From positions 50,859 through 114,858 of the forward strand of contig CAJWZJ010000001.1 in assembly GCA_913050245.1 (NCBI GenBank): a stretch of 64,000 bases of DNA. Direction: 5' to 3'. The position numbers and the translations under genes are program-made. The DNA is from an uncultured bacterium. GTDB taxonomy: Bacteria; Desulfobacterota_D; UBA1144. The notes under the pieces were generated by a model. It saw only the letters and a list, made by a program, of their open reading frames with translations. It ran no database searches and was not told the DNA's origin. Position 1 is the first letter of the stretch. Each line of letters begins with the position of its first letter. Shown piece after piece: positions 1-8,469 of this stretch.

Positions 1-511
1 CTAACAAACTCTTAGCTTGAGAATGATAGGCATCAACTAATTGATCAAAATTAATATTACGCGCACCAGGATCTTCCACATCAGGAGATATTGATGCGGT
101 TCTATTTGTTGGACCCATTGCACCAGCAATTAAGATTCTTTTATTTGTTTGAGAATCTTTAATAGCCTCTTTGGCAATTCTAACCGAGCAAAGATTCATC
201 TCGTCAGCTAAATTTTCTAAGCCATAATCTGCCTGTGCAATAATATTGGCTCCAAAGGTATTAGTCTCTATAATATTTGCGCCTGAATTTATATATGCAG
301 AGTGTATTTCTTTTATAATCTTACTGTTAGTAATATTTAGAATTTCATTATTACCTTTTAAATCTATATTATGATTCTTGAATCTGTCACCCCTGAAGTG
401 TTCCTCTTTAAGATGATATTTTTGAACCATAGTTCCAAGTGGGCCATCCATTATCAATATTTCACTCTCAGATAATTTATCCAATTCTTTAAAAATTTTA
501 GATTTTTTCAT
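1..511 (-). CDS. metH: B12-dependent methionine synthase, N-terminal homocysteine-binding domain (runs off window start)
   Basis: Hand translation from ATG at 511 gives MKKSKIFKELDKLSESEILIMDGPLGTMVQK...AGANIIETNTFGA...AGAMGPTNRTASISPDVEDPGARNINFDQLV, which carries typical MetH motifs. Confidence 0.93.
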   Translation of the reverse strand, partial: MKKSKIFKELDKLSESEILIMDGPLGTMVQKYHLKEEHFRGDRFKNHNIDLKGNNEILNITNSKIIKEIHSAYINSGANIIETNTFGANIIAQADYGLENLADEMNLCSVRIAKEAIKDSQTNKRILIAGAMGPTNRTASISPDVEDPGARNINFDQLVDAYHSQAKSLL

Positions 512-519
512 TATTGCCC

Positions 520-1326
520 TTACCACTGATCCCTCATCTCTCTTAATTCTTTAAACCTTTCTTCCATATTAAGACCGCTAAATTTCTCATTTTCTTTTAT
601 CAAATCCATAAAAGAAAACTCATCAATTCTAAAAAAAGGATTATATTTTTTTTCGAAATCAATATTTTTAATCGGTGATAATATATTTTTATCATTTTGA
701 GACAATAACTTATCAACCTCATTATAGAAATCTGTACCTTTCAAAAGAATAGACTTTAAGAAACCAATATTATTTTCAAAATAGTCATGTCCAGGTAATA
801 ATTTAAATGTTTCAGGTAAATTTTTCATTTTATGTTGTATAGTTCTGAACAACATTGATACGTCACCTCTAAATTTTACATTACCAACTCCACACGAAAA
901 GATGGTATCACCACATAAAATATAATCATTGATAATAATTGAAATATGTTCTGGACAGTGTCCGGGCGTATGAAGAATTTTTGCTGATAGTTTTCCAAAG
1001 CTCAATATATCATTTTCAAAAATATTATCGAAATCATAATCAAATATTTTTTTACAAATATCATGTGCTCTAAGCTTGATACCATATTTCTCTAAGAAGT
1101 AAGAATTACCTGCAATATGATCAGGATGAGCATGAGTATTGATAACCATCTTTGGAATTAGATTATTGTCATTAATTATATTTTCAATTGTATTATTATC
1201 CAATGGATCTATTATCAGCGCTTCTTTAGTTTGTGGACATTCCACCACATAATTTATATTTCTGTCACTATTTTCAACTAAAAATCTATATATCGTTAAG
1301 TCTTTCTCATCAATTTTTTCATACAT
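520..1326 (-). CDS. gloB: Hydroxyacylglutathione hydrolase (glyoxalase II)-like metallo-beta-lactamase fold protein
   Basis: THAHPDH (HxHxDH), HTPGH, GD, PGHDY and EKKYNPF motifs. Confidence 0.75.
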   Translation of the reverse strand: MYEKIDEKDLTIYRFLVENSDRNINYVVECPQTKEALIIDPLDNNTIENIINDNNLIPKMVINTHAHPDHIAGNSYFLEKYGIKLRAHDICKKIFDYDFDNIFENDILSFGKLSAKILHTPGHCPEHISIIINDYILCGDTIFSCGVGNVKFRGDVSMLFRTIQHKMKNLPETFKLLPGHDYFENNIGFLKSILLKGTDFYNEVDKLLSQNDKNILSPIKNIDFEKKYNPFFRIDEFSFMDLIKENEKFSGLNMEERFKELREMRDQW

Positions 1327-1361
1327 AATCTTATTATACCCTTGTTAATCTAATGTTTTTG

Positions 1362-1389
1362 TTGTTTTTTCTATAATATTTATTATAAT
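1362..1389 (+). promoter_or_regulatory. Putative sigma70 promoter for the riboswitch/thrC-like transcript
   Basis: TTGTTT (1362-1367), 16 nt, TATAAT (1384-1389); predicted start site falls at the 5' arm of the riboswitch P1. Confidence 0.5.
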
Positions 1390-1391
1390 TT

Positions 1392-1446
1392 TTGATGTCG
1401 TCATTTAACTCTACTTGCAACGACATTAAAGAAATGCTAAACGGAG
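1392..1446 (+). promoter_or_regulatory. SAM-II class riboswitch aptamer
   Basis: P1 UUGAUGUCG(1392-1400)/CGACAUUAA(1421-1429); loop AUUUAA; UUGCA(1415-1419) pairs with UGC-U-AAA(1435-1441); P2a CUCU(1409-1412)/GGAG(1443-1446). Matches the SAM-II H-type pseudoknot consensus by eye and lies in a Met locus. Confidence 0.82.
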
Positions 1447-1504
1447 AAAAGGTTTTAACTTAAATCCTTTCCTCTTCGAGTTACGTATTTGATAGGAGCA
1501 TTTT

Positions 1505-2734
1505 ATGTCTTTTGTAACTTGTCTGAAATGTATTGATTGTAGTCCCGCTTGTGAGTTTGAGAAGCAAGCCTTATATGTTTGTGATGACTGCTTTGGTCCT
1601 CTAGAACCTAGCTACGACTATGAAAGAATTAAGGAAGAGCTCACAATTGATAAAATTTCAAAAAGACCTAAGAATATGTGGAGATACAAGGAACTGCTGC
1701 CAATAGATAATGAACCAACAGTTGGAATGAACACAGGCTTCACACCACTCATAAAGGCGAATAATCTTGCAGAAGTTTTAGGCGTTAAAAATTTATATAT
1801 TAAAAATGATGGTGTAAATTTTCCTTCTTTATCTTTTAAAGATAGAGTTGTAGCGGTTGCTCTATCCAAAGCAATAGAGCTTGGTTTTGATACTGTTGGA
1901 TGTGCATCTACAGGTAATTTGGCAAACTCAGTTGCTGCTCACTCAGCATCAGCAAAACTTAACAGCTTCATATTTATCCCATCTAATCTTGAAGAGGCAA
2001 AAATTCTTGGAACATCAATATATGGAAAAAATGTTATAGGTGTTAATGGAAACTATGATGAAGTTAATAGATTATGTACAGAAGTAATAGGTTCAAATAA
2101 ATGGGGTTTTGTTAATATCAATTTAAGAACATATTATGCCGAAGGCTCTAAGACAGTTGGCTATGAAATAGCAGAACAACTTGGATGGAAAGCTCCTAAG
2201 AACATTGTAGTGTGCATGGCATCAGGTTCATTACTTACAAAAATATATAAATCAATTAATGAACTAGTTGACCTAGGATTAGTTGAAGATAATCAGACTA
2301 AGATCTATGGAGCTCAAGCTTCGGGTTGTTCGCCAATATCTACAGCAGTTAAAAATGGTTGGGAAACATTTAAGCCTGTTAAGCCAGATACGATAGCTAA
2401 ATCACTAGCAATTGGTAATCCAGCTGATGGTCTTAATGCAATTAATTTGTTAAATGACATTAATTCTTATTCAGAAGATGTCTCTGATGATGAAATTGTT
2501 AGTGCGATGAAATTATTAGCTGAGACAGAGGGAATATTCACTGAAACAGCTGGTGGTGTAACTTTAGGTTGTACAATTAAAATGTTAGAAAATGGGAAAA
2601 TTAATAAAGATGAAGATTTAGTTCTTGTAATCACAGGAAATGGTCTCAAGACTCAAGATCCACTTGTGAATAATATTAAAAAACCATTTATAATTAATCC
2701 AAAATTAGATGAATTTAATAAAATAAAATATTAA
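1505..2734 (+). CDS. thrC: Threonine-synthase-family PLP enzyme; probably a homocysteine-forming (MetM-like) paralogue given its context
   Basis: N-terminal Cys-rich ribbon, SFKDR PLP lysine, ASTGN, EGSKT and TGNGLK motifs; SD AGGAG. Confidence 0.85.
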   Translation: MSFVTCLKCIDCSPACEFEKQALYVCDDCFGPLEPSYDYERIKEELTIDKISKRPKNMWRYKELLPIDNEPTVGMNTGFTPLIKANNLAEVLGVKNLYIKNDGVNFPSLSFKDRVVAVALSKAIELGFDTVGCASTGNLANSVAAHSASAKLNSFIFIPSNLEEAKILGTSIYGKNVIGVNGNYDEVNRLCTEVIGSNKWGFVNINLRTYYAEGSKTVGYEIAEQLGWKAPKNIVVCMASGSLLTKIYKSINELVDLGLVEDNQTKIYGAQASGCSPISTAVKNGWETFKPVKPDTIAKSLAIGNPADGLNAINLLNDINSYSEDVSDDEIVSAMKLLAETEGIFTETAGGVTLGCTIKMLENGKINKDEDLVLVITGNGLKTQDPLVNNIKKPFIINPKLDEFNKIKY

Positions 2735-2745
2735 GGAGAAATTTT

Positions 2746-3021
2746 ATGGCTATTGTTAGAATACCTACACCTTTAAGAAGATTGACCAAAGAGCAAGATG
2801 AGGTTAATTCTGGAGCTTCTAATGTTAATGACTTGATTCAGGATTTAGAGGATCAATTTCCTGGAATTAAAGATAAAATATGTGAAGATGATGGTTCAAT
2901 TAGAAAGTTTATTAATATCTACATCAATGATGAGGATATAAGATTTTTAGAAGGGCCTGAAACAAATATTAAGGAAGATGATACAATTTCTATAATTCCT
3001 GCAATTGCCGGTGGTATTTAA
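2746..3021 (+). CDS. MoaD/ThiS/CysO-family ubiquitin-like sulfur carrier protein
   Basis: VRIPTPLR...[14 protein letters not shown]...IIPAIAGG-I; beta-grasp pattern with C-terminal GG plus one extra residue. Confidence 0.9.
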   Translation: MAIVRIPTPLRRLTKEQDEVNSGASNVNDLIQDLEDQFPGIKDKICEDDGSIRKFINIYINDEDIRFLEGPETNIKEDDTISIIPAIAGGI

Positions 3022-4073
3022 TTAAAAAAATCTTTAACTTTATTTATATACTCTGAAAAAGGATTTTTAGAATCTTTATCTACTTCTTTTTGATATTCTT
3101 CCAGTAATTTCTTTTGCTTACTATTTATTGATTTTGGAATTACAATGTTTAATTTAACATATAAGTCTCCATAGCCATCTCTATTTAGTATTTTAATACC
3201 CTTACCTTTCAACCTCATCATTTGTCCAGGCTGTATTCCAGATGGGATTTTTAATTCTGATGTCCCATTTAAAGTGGGAATTTCTATATGGCCACCTAGT
3301 ATGGCTTGAGAAATACTTAGTGGGACTTCGCACATTATATTTTCATCCTCTCTTTTGAAGAAAGGATGATCACTTACAACTATATCTATATAAAGATCAC
3401 CACTGGGTCCATTATTAATTCCTGAATCACCTTCACCAGTCATTCTAAGACGTGTACCTGTATCAACACCAGAGGGAATTTTAACTTCTAACTTTTTATT
3501 TTCAGTGTCATCAGCAAAAGCTCCCACTCCACCACATGAACCACATGTCCTACTTACAGAAAACATTCCCTGAGAATAATTAACCTCCCCTGTGCCATTA
3601 CAAGCTTTACAGACTTCATATGTTTTGGCTCTTCTTATAGAAACATTTTTTTTGGTTCCAGTTACAGCTTCTTCGAAAGTCAATGATACTTCAAATCTTA
3701 AGTCTCTTCCTTTGAACTGAGAAGGCCCCCTGTTACCTCTTCTGGACCCTCCTCTTCCTCCACCAAAGAAGTCATTGATTAAATCATCTAGATCTGGGAA
3801 TCCTCCACCTGGGAATCCACCTCCAGGGAATCCTCCGCCACCTGGCCCACCAGGGTTGACTGTACCAAAAGTATCATATTGAGATCTTTTTTCACTATCT
3901 CCTAAAACTTGATAAGCTTCATTAATTTCTTTAAATTTTTCTTCAGCTTTTTTATCATTTTTATTTCTATCTGGATGATATTTCAATGCTAGCTTCTTAT
4001 AAGCTTTTTTAATTTGCTCCTCTGAAGAACCTCTATCAATACCAAGAACTGAATAATAATCTTTATTGCTCAT
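3018..4073 (-). CDS. dnaJ: Chaperone DnaJ with reduced zinc-finger region
   Basis: J-domain HPD, G/F region, only two CxxCxGxG motifs, C-terminal substrate-binding domains. Confidence 0.95.
   Translation of the reverse strand: MSNKDYYSVLGIDRGSSEEQIKKAYKKLALKYHPDRNKNDKKAEEKFKEINEAYQVLGDSEKRSQYDTFGTVNPGGPGGGGFPGGGFPGGGFPDLDDLINDFFGGGRGGSRRGNRGPSQFKGRDLRFEVSLTFEEAVTGTKKNVSIRRAKTYEVCKACNGTGEVNYSQGMFSVSRTCGSCGGVGAFADDTENKKLEVKIPSGVDTGTRLRMTGEGDSGINNGPSGDLYIDIVVSDHPFFKREDENIMCEVPLSISQAILGGHIEIPTLNGTSELKIPSGIQPGQMMRLKGKGIKILNRDGYGDLYVKLNIVIPKSINSKQKKLLEEYQKEVDKDSKNPFSEYINKVKDFFN
3795..3839. repeat. Three imperfect 15-bp tandem coding repeats (GGGFP x3) in the DnaJ G/F region
   Basis: tgggaatcctccacc / tgggaatccacctcc / agggaatcctccgcc. 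Confidence 0.8.
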
Positions 4074-4728
4074 TTTCTACACCTGAGGATACAATAACTA
4101 ATGCTGGTCTAAGAATTTTATTATCCAGAGTATAGCCTGATTGAACCACTTCTATTATTTTATTATTTTCAAACTCATCAGAATTCTTCAATTCTAGTGC
4201 TTGATGGAAATTTGGATCAAATTCATCACCTCTATTCAGCTCAATCTTATTAATATTATTTTTTTCAATAAAATTTAAAAAATCTTTCTGCACACTGACC
4301 ATTCCTTTATAAAAATCTGAATTTTTATCAGTATCATGATATAAAGATAAACCTCTATCAAAATTATCAATAAAAAACAGTAAATCTCTCAACATATTTT
4401 CTTTTGCAGCAAAAGTAGCCTGACTCTTTTCTATTTGATTTCTTTTTTTATAATTATCAAAATCGGCGGCCATTCTTAATAATTTTTCATTGACTTCTTT
4501 TTTAGCTAAGTCTAGATCTTTCTGTAATTTTTCAAAAGATTGTATATCCTCATCTTCAATCTTATTTAAATAAATTGAGAATTTATCTTTCTCGTTAAAT
4601 TTTAAGATAATAGAATCATCTCCTTTTGAAGTAGTAATAATATTAGTACTTCCAATAAAATCTATTAAATCATTTAAAGACGTTATGCTGACATTATCTT
4701 TTTTTTCATTATTAGTTTGATCACTCAT
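4063..4728 (-). CDS. grpE: Nucleotide exchange factor GrpE
   Basis: [21 protein letters not shown] and [13 protein letters not shown] motifs; start moved to ATG 4728 behind a GGAG SD. Confidence 0.93.
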   Translation of the reverse strand: MSDQTNNEKKDNVSITSLNDLIDFIGSTNIITTSKGDDSIILKFNEKDKFSIYLNKIEDEDIQSFEKLQKDLDLAKKEVNEKLLRMAADFDNYKKRNQIEKSQATFAAKENMLRDLLFFIDNFDRGLSLYHDTDKNSDFYKGMVSVQKDFLNFIEKNNINKIELNRGDEFDPNFHQALELKNSDEFENNKIIEVVQSGYTLDNKILRPALVIVSSGVENEQ

Positions 4729-4761
4729 AAAGCACTCCAATCATAATATAGTCATAATTAA

Positions 4762-5670
4762 TTAAATCTCAATGTATTTTTCAAAAATTCCTTCCAGAAC
4801 CCCGAGGTCAGACACAAAATAATGATCAATTTTAAAATACTCTAGTATTTCTAGCAATATTAAAACTCCATAAACTATTACTTCTTCTCTTCCTTTTTCA
4901 ATGCCATTTATTTCTAATCTATCTTTAGATGTTTTATTGCAAAGTTTTTCAAATATTTTATGGGTTATTTTATTAGATAATCTTGAACCATTTATTTTTT
5001 CAGGGTCATATTTAATTAAATTCATACTTATCGCTGCTAATGTGGTGGGAGTACCTGAATTAAAGATAACTTGAGTATCATTTTTTATATATTCATAGAA
5101 ATCTATTTTGCTTAAAATGGATTTTATATAATTTTTTATATCAATTATTTTATCATTTGAAAAAATATTTGTTTCTTTAAAAATTTTTAACAATTTTATA
5201 ACACCTAGGTCCAAGGAAACATAGTCAACAAATTTATCATCTAATGTCAGAATTATTTCTGTACTTCCACCTCCTATATCAACAATTATTTTATTTGATG
5301 CTGATTCAACTCTTAAGGAATTTGTACCAAGAGAAGTTAACTCGGCTTCTGTTTTAGAACTTATTATATTTAAGTTTTGATTATATCTTGCTTTAAAATT
5401 ATCTACTATTTCTTCTTTATTTAATGCCTCTCTAAAAACGCTAGTTCCAACAATATGTATCTTATCAACATTATTTTTATTTATATCAGAAAAGATCATA
5501 TCTAGTGTTTCATAATAAAGTTTTGGGAGAACTAAATATGAATTATCATTTAGATACTTCCCTAACCCTACAACGTATCTTGATTTGTATCCATAATTAT
5601 TTTTTTCATCTAGATCTCTGATTAAAAATCTAAATGCGTTAGTTCCTAAATCAATTGCTGCTGCTTTCAT
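4762..5670 (-). CDS. ppx: Ppx/GppA family exopolyphosphatase
   Basis: IDLGTNAFR, TSVFREA, EA, DIGGGSTE and GVLEG motifs. Confidence 0.85.
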   Translation of the reverse strand: MKAAAIDLGTNAFRFLIRDLDEKNNYGYKSRYVVGLGKYLNDNSYLVLPKLYYETLDMIFSDINKNNVDKIHIVGTSVFREALNKEEIVDNFKARYNQNLNIISSKTEAELTSLGTNSLRVESASNKIIVDIGGGSTEIILTLDDKFVDYVSLDLGVIKLLKIFKETNIFSNDKIIDIKNYIKSILSKIDFYEYIKNDTQVIFNSGTPTTLAAISMNLIKYDPEKINGSRLSNKITHKIFEKLCNKTSKDRLEINGIEKGREEVIVYGVLILLEILEYFKIDHYFVSDLGVLEGIFEKYIEI

Positions 5671-6214
5671 TGTGTATTTTATGTTTTTGAGAGTTTATAA
5701 CATAGTTTGCTGCAGAATCTAATATCATTTTATAGTCATCTTCATTTATTGGTCTAATTTTTTTGCATGGTGATCCCATATAAAGATGACCTGGCTCAAG
5801 ATACATCCCGGGAGGCACCAATGAGCCTGCAGCTACTATAGTATTACATCTTATTTCAGCACCATCTAAAACAATTGCTCCCATTCCAATTAATATTCTA
5901 CTTCTCATTGTACAAGCATGAATAATACACCCATGACCTATTGTGACATCATTTTCTATATGTGTGGGGTAAGTTTTAGAGTCAATGTGAATAATGGATC
6001 CATCTTGGATATTAGTCCTTTTACCAATTTGAATGTAATTATTATCACCTCTTAAAACACAGTTGTACCAAACTGACGAATTTTCACCAATTTGAACATT
6101 TCCAATTATTTTAGAACCTGGCGCAACAAAAACTGAATTATCAATTTTGGGTTTTAATGATAAGTTATAATCAGGATCCTTGAATTTAGGATTTTGACCA
6201 AGAACTGTAGCCAT
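5651..6214 (-). CDS. Gamma carbonic anhydrase family (YrdA/PaaY-like) hexapeptide protein
   Basis: VLRGDNNYIQIG, NIQDGSIIH and TIGH...IHAC motifs. Confidence 0.9.
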   Translation of the reverse strand: MATVLGQNPKFKDPDYNLSLKPKIDNSVFVAPGSKIIGNVQIGENSSVWYNCVLRGDNNYIQIGKRTNIQDGSIIHIDSKTYPTHIENDVTIGHGCIIHACTMRSRILIGMGAIVLDGAEIRCNTIVAAGSLVPPGMYLEPGHLYMGSPCKKIRPINEDDYKMILDSAANYVINSQKHKIHNESSSN

Positions 6215-6216
6215 AT

Positions 6217-6462
6217 CTACTGCTTAATCTTATATTTTTTATTGAACTTTTCTATTCTACCAGTGGTGCCACCACTACGCTCTTTACCAGAATAAAAAGG
6301 ATGGGATGAGCTTGAGATTTCAACTTTAACAAGAGGGTATTCTTGACCTTCATGAGTAATTTTTTCATCTGTATCAACACATGAATCAATTATAAAACTT
6401 TCATCTGTTGTAATATCTTTAAATAAGACTTTTCTGCTAGCTGGATGAATATCTTTTTTCAT
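6217..6462 (-). CDS. rpmE2: 50S ribosomal protein L31, type B (zinc-independent)
   Basis: MKKDIHP...VEISSSSHPFYSG...GRIEKFNKKY; no CxxC pairs; start moved to ATG 6462. Confidence 0.93.
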   Translation of the reverse strand: MKKDIHPASRKVLFKDITTDESFIIDSCVDTDEKITHEGQEYPLVKVEISSSSHPFYSGKERSGGTTGRIEKFNKKYKIKQ

Positions 6463-6498
6463 AGTTTGAAATCTTAACACTAAATATACTATTTACAA

Positions 6499-8397
6499 CT
6501 ACTTATCTGTAAATTCAGCATCTATAACTTCCTCTTTATCATTTTTCTTTTTTTCATCCTCATTTTCTTGCTCAGGCTGTGATTCTTCTTGCGCCTTTGA
6601 TGCTTCAGCATACATTTTTTCGGCTAATTTATGAGAAACTTTCGTCAATTCTTCTGAGGCTGCTTTTATTTCATCCACATTATCTGATTTAACCGCTTCC
6701 CTTGCTTTATCAAGAGCTGTGTCTATATCTGCTTTCTCATTCTCCTCAACTTTATCTGCATTTTCAGAGACGGCTTTTTCAGTAGAATAAATTAACTGGT
6801 CTAAGGAATTTCTTTCATTAATAAGATCTTTTTTATCTTTATCTTCATCCGCTTTTGCCTCTGCGTCCTTTACCATTTGATCAATCTCATCTGAAGATAA
6901 ACCAGATGAGGCTTCAACCTTAATTTTTTGTTCCTTGTTTGTTGCTTTATCAACTGCAGATACATTAAGAATGCCATCAGAGTCAATATCAAATGTAACC
7001 TCTACTTGAGGAATTCCTCTTGGTGCTGGAGAAATACCATCTAGTATGAATTTGGCTAAAGTCCTATTATCTGCAGCCATAGATCTTTCACCTTGAGTAA
7101 CATGAATTTCAACACTAGGTTGATTATCTTGTGCGGTAGAAAAAATCTGGCTTTGTTTTGTAGGAATAGTTGTATTTCTATTTATTATAGGAGTATTTAC
7201 ACCACCAAGCGTTTCAATTCCTAAAGATAAAGGCGCCACATCCAGAAGTAAAACATCTTTTACATCACCTGATAAAACAGCTCCTTGTATTGCTGCTCCA
7301 AGAGCTACAACTTCATCAGGGTTAATTCCTTTATGTGGTTCTTTACCAAAAAAATCTTTTACAACTTTTTGAACCATAGGAATTCTAGTTGAACCACCAA
7401 CTAGGATTACCTCATTTATATCTGATGGTTTTAAGCCAGCATCATTTAAAGCATTTTTACAAGGTTCTAAAGATGATTTTATTTTAGAATCAATTATTTG
7501 TTCAAATTTAGACCTAGAAATTTTGATTAGTAAATGCTTAGGACCATTTTGGTCAGCTGTTATAAATGGTAAATTAATTTCAGTCTCTAATGATGAAGAT
7601 AATTCTATTTTTGCTTTTTCTGCAGCTTCTCTTAATCGTTGAAGCGCCATTTTATCAGAACTAAGATCAACACCATTTTCCTTCTTAAATTCTTCTATTA
7701 GATAATCAATAATCTGTCTATCAAAATCGTCACCGCCTAATGATGTGTCTCCGTTAGTTGATTTAACTTCAATAACATTATCTCCAATTTCTAATATAGA
7801 GACATCAAAAGTTCCACCACCTAAATCGTATACCGCAACTAGGCCATCTTTCTTCTTATCAAAACCATATGCTAAAGCTGCTGCTGTAGGCTCATTTATT
7901 ATCCTTTCAACATTTAAACCAGCTATTTTTCCGGCATCTTTAGTCGCTTGTCTCTGACTGTCATTAAAATAAGCTGGAACAGTTATTACCGCATCTGTTA
8001 CAGCAGATCCTAGAAAAGCTTCTGCGGCTTGCTTTAATTTTGATAAAACATTTGCAGATATTTGTGAAGGTGAATAATCATTCCCATCAACTTTGATCCA
8101 TGCATCACCATTTTTATTTTTTACAATTTCATATGGAAGAACTTTTCTGTCTTCATCTGTTTCTTCAAATCTTCTGCCAATTAATCGTTTCGCAGAGTAA
8201 ATAGTCTTCTCAGGATTAACGACTGCCTGTCTCTTTGCAGGCTCCCCAACAAGTATTTCTGATTCTTTACCGAAGCTTACTACTGAGGGGGTAGTTCTGT
8301 TTCCCTCTTCATTAATTATGACTTTAGGCTCTCCACTATCAACAAAAGAAATACATGAATTGGTAGTGCCTAAGTCTATCCCGATAACTTTTCCCAT
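6499..8397 (-). CDS. dnaK: Chaperone DnaK
   Basis: [27 protein letters not shown] and DLGGGTFD motifs. Confidence 0.99.
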   Translation of the reverse strand: MGKVIGIDLGTTNSCISFVDSGEPKVIINEEGNRTTPSVVSFGKESEILVGEPAKRQAVVNPEKTIYSAKRLIGRRFEETDEDRKVLPYEIVKNKNGDAWIKVDGNDYSPSQISANVLSKLKQAAEAFLGSAVTDAVITVPAYFNDSQRQATKDAGKIAGLNVERIINEPTAAALAYGFDKKKDGLVAVYDLGGGTFDVSILEIGDNVIEVKSTNGDTSLGGDDFDRQIIDYLIEEFKKENGVDLSSDKMALQRLREAAEKAKIELSSSLETEINLPFITADQNGPKHLLIKISRSKFEQIIDSKIKSSLEPCKNALNDAGLKPSDINEVILVGGSTRIPMVQKVVKDFFGKEPHKGINPDEVVALGAAIQGAVLSGDVKDVLLLDVAPLSLGIETLGGVNTPIINRNTTIPTKQSQIFSTAQDNQPSVEIHVTQGERSMAADNRTLAKFILDGISPAPRGIPQVEVTFDIDSDGILNVSAVDKATNKEQKIKVEASSGLSSDEIDQMVKDAEAKADEDKDKKDLINERNSLDQLIYSTEKAVSENADKVEENEKADIDTALDKAREAVKSDNVDEIKAASEELTKVSHKLAEKMYAEASKAQEESQPEQENEDEKKKNDKEEVIDAEFTDK

Positions 8398-8402
8398 ATG
8401 AA

Positions 8403-8457
8403 AACTCCTTTAATATAACTTTTATTTCAAATTAAGCATTAAAAAGGAGTTGTCAAG
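8403..8457 (-). promoter_or_regulatory. dnaK promoter (CTTGACA...CTTAATTT) overlapped by an inverted repeat that includes the SD
   Basis: TTGACA at 8456-8451 (minus strand); AACTCCTTT(8403-8411)/AAAGGAGTT(8443-8451) inverted repeat. Confidence 0.55.
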
Positions 8458-8469
8458 AAAAAACATAAT

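Noticed and set aside
520-1326. MBL protein as a persulfide dioxygenase linked to the sulfur carrier
   Set aside because: The PGHDY and EKKYNPF features and the presence of gloA fit glyoxalase II; no positive evidence for another role, though it is not excluded
3795-3839. 15-bp tandem repeat as a contingency locus or array
   Set aside because: In-frame, synonymously diverged repeats encoding the normal DnaJ G/F region
4729-4760. CIRCE-like half site (AAAGCACTC) upstream of grpE
   Set aside because: The second half (GAGTGCTAA after 9 nt) is absent, and the match coincides with the GGAG SD
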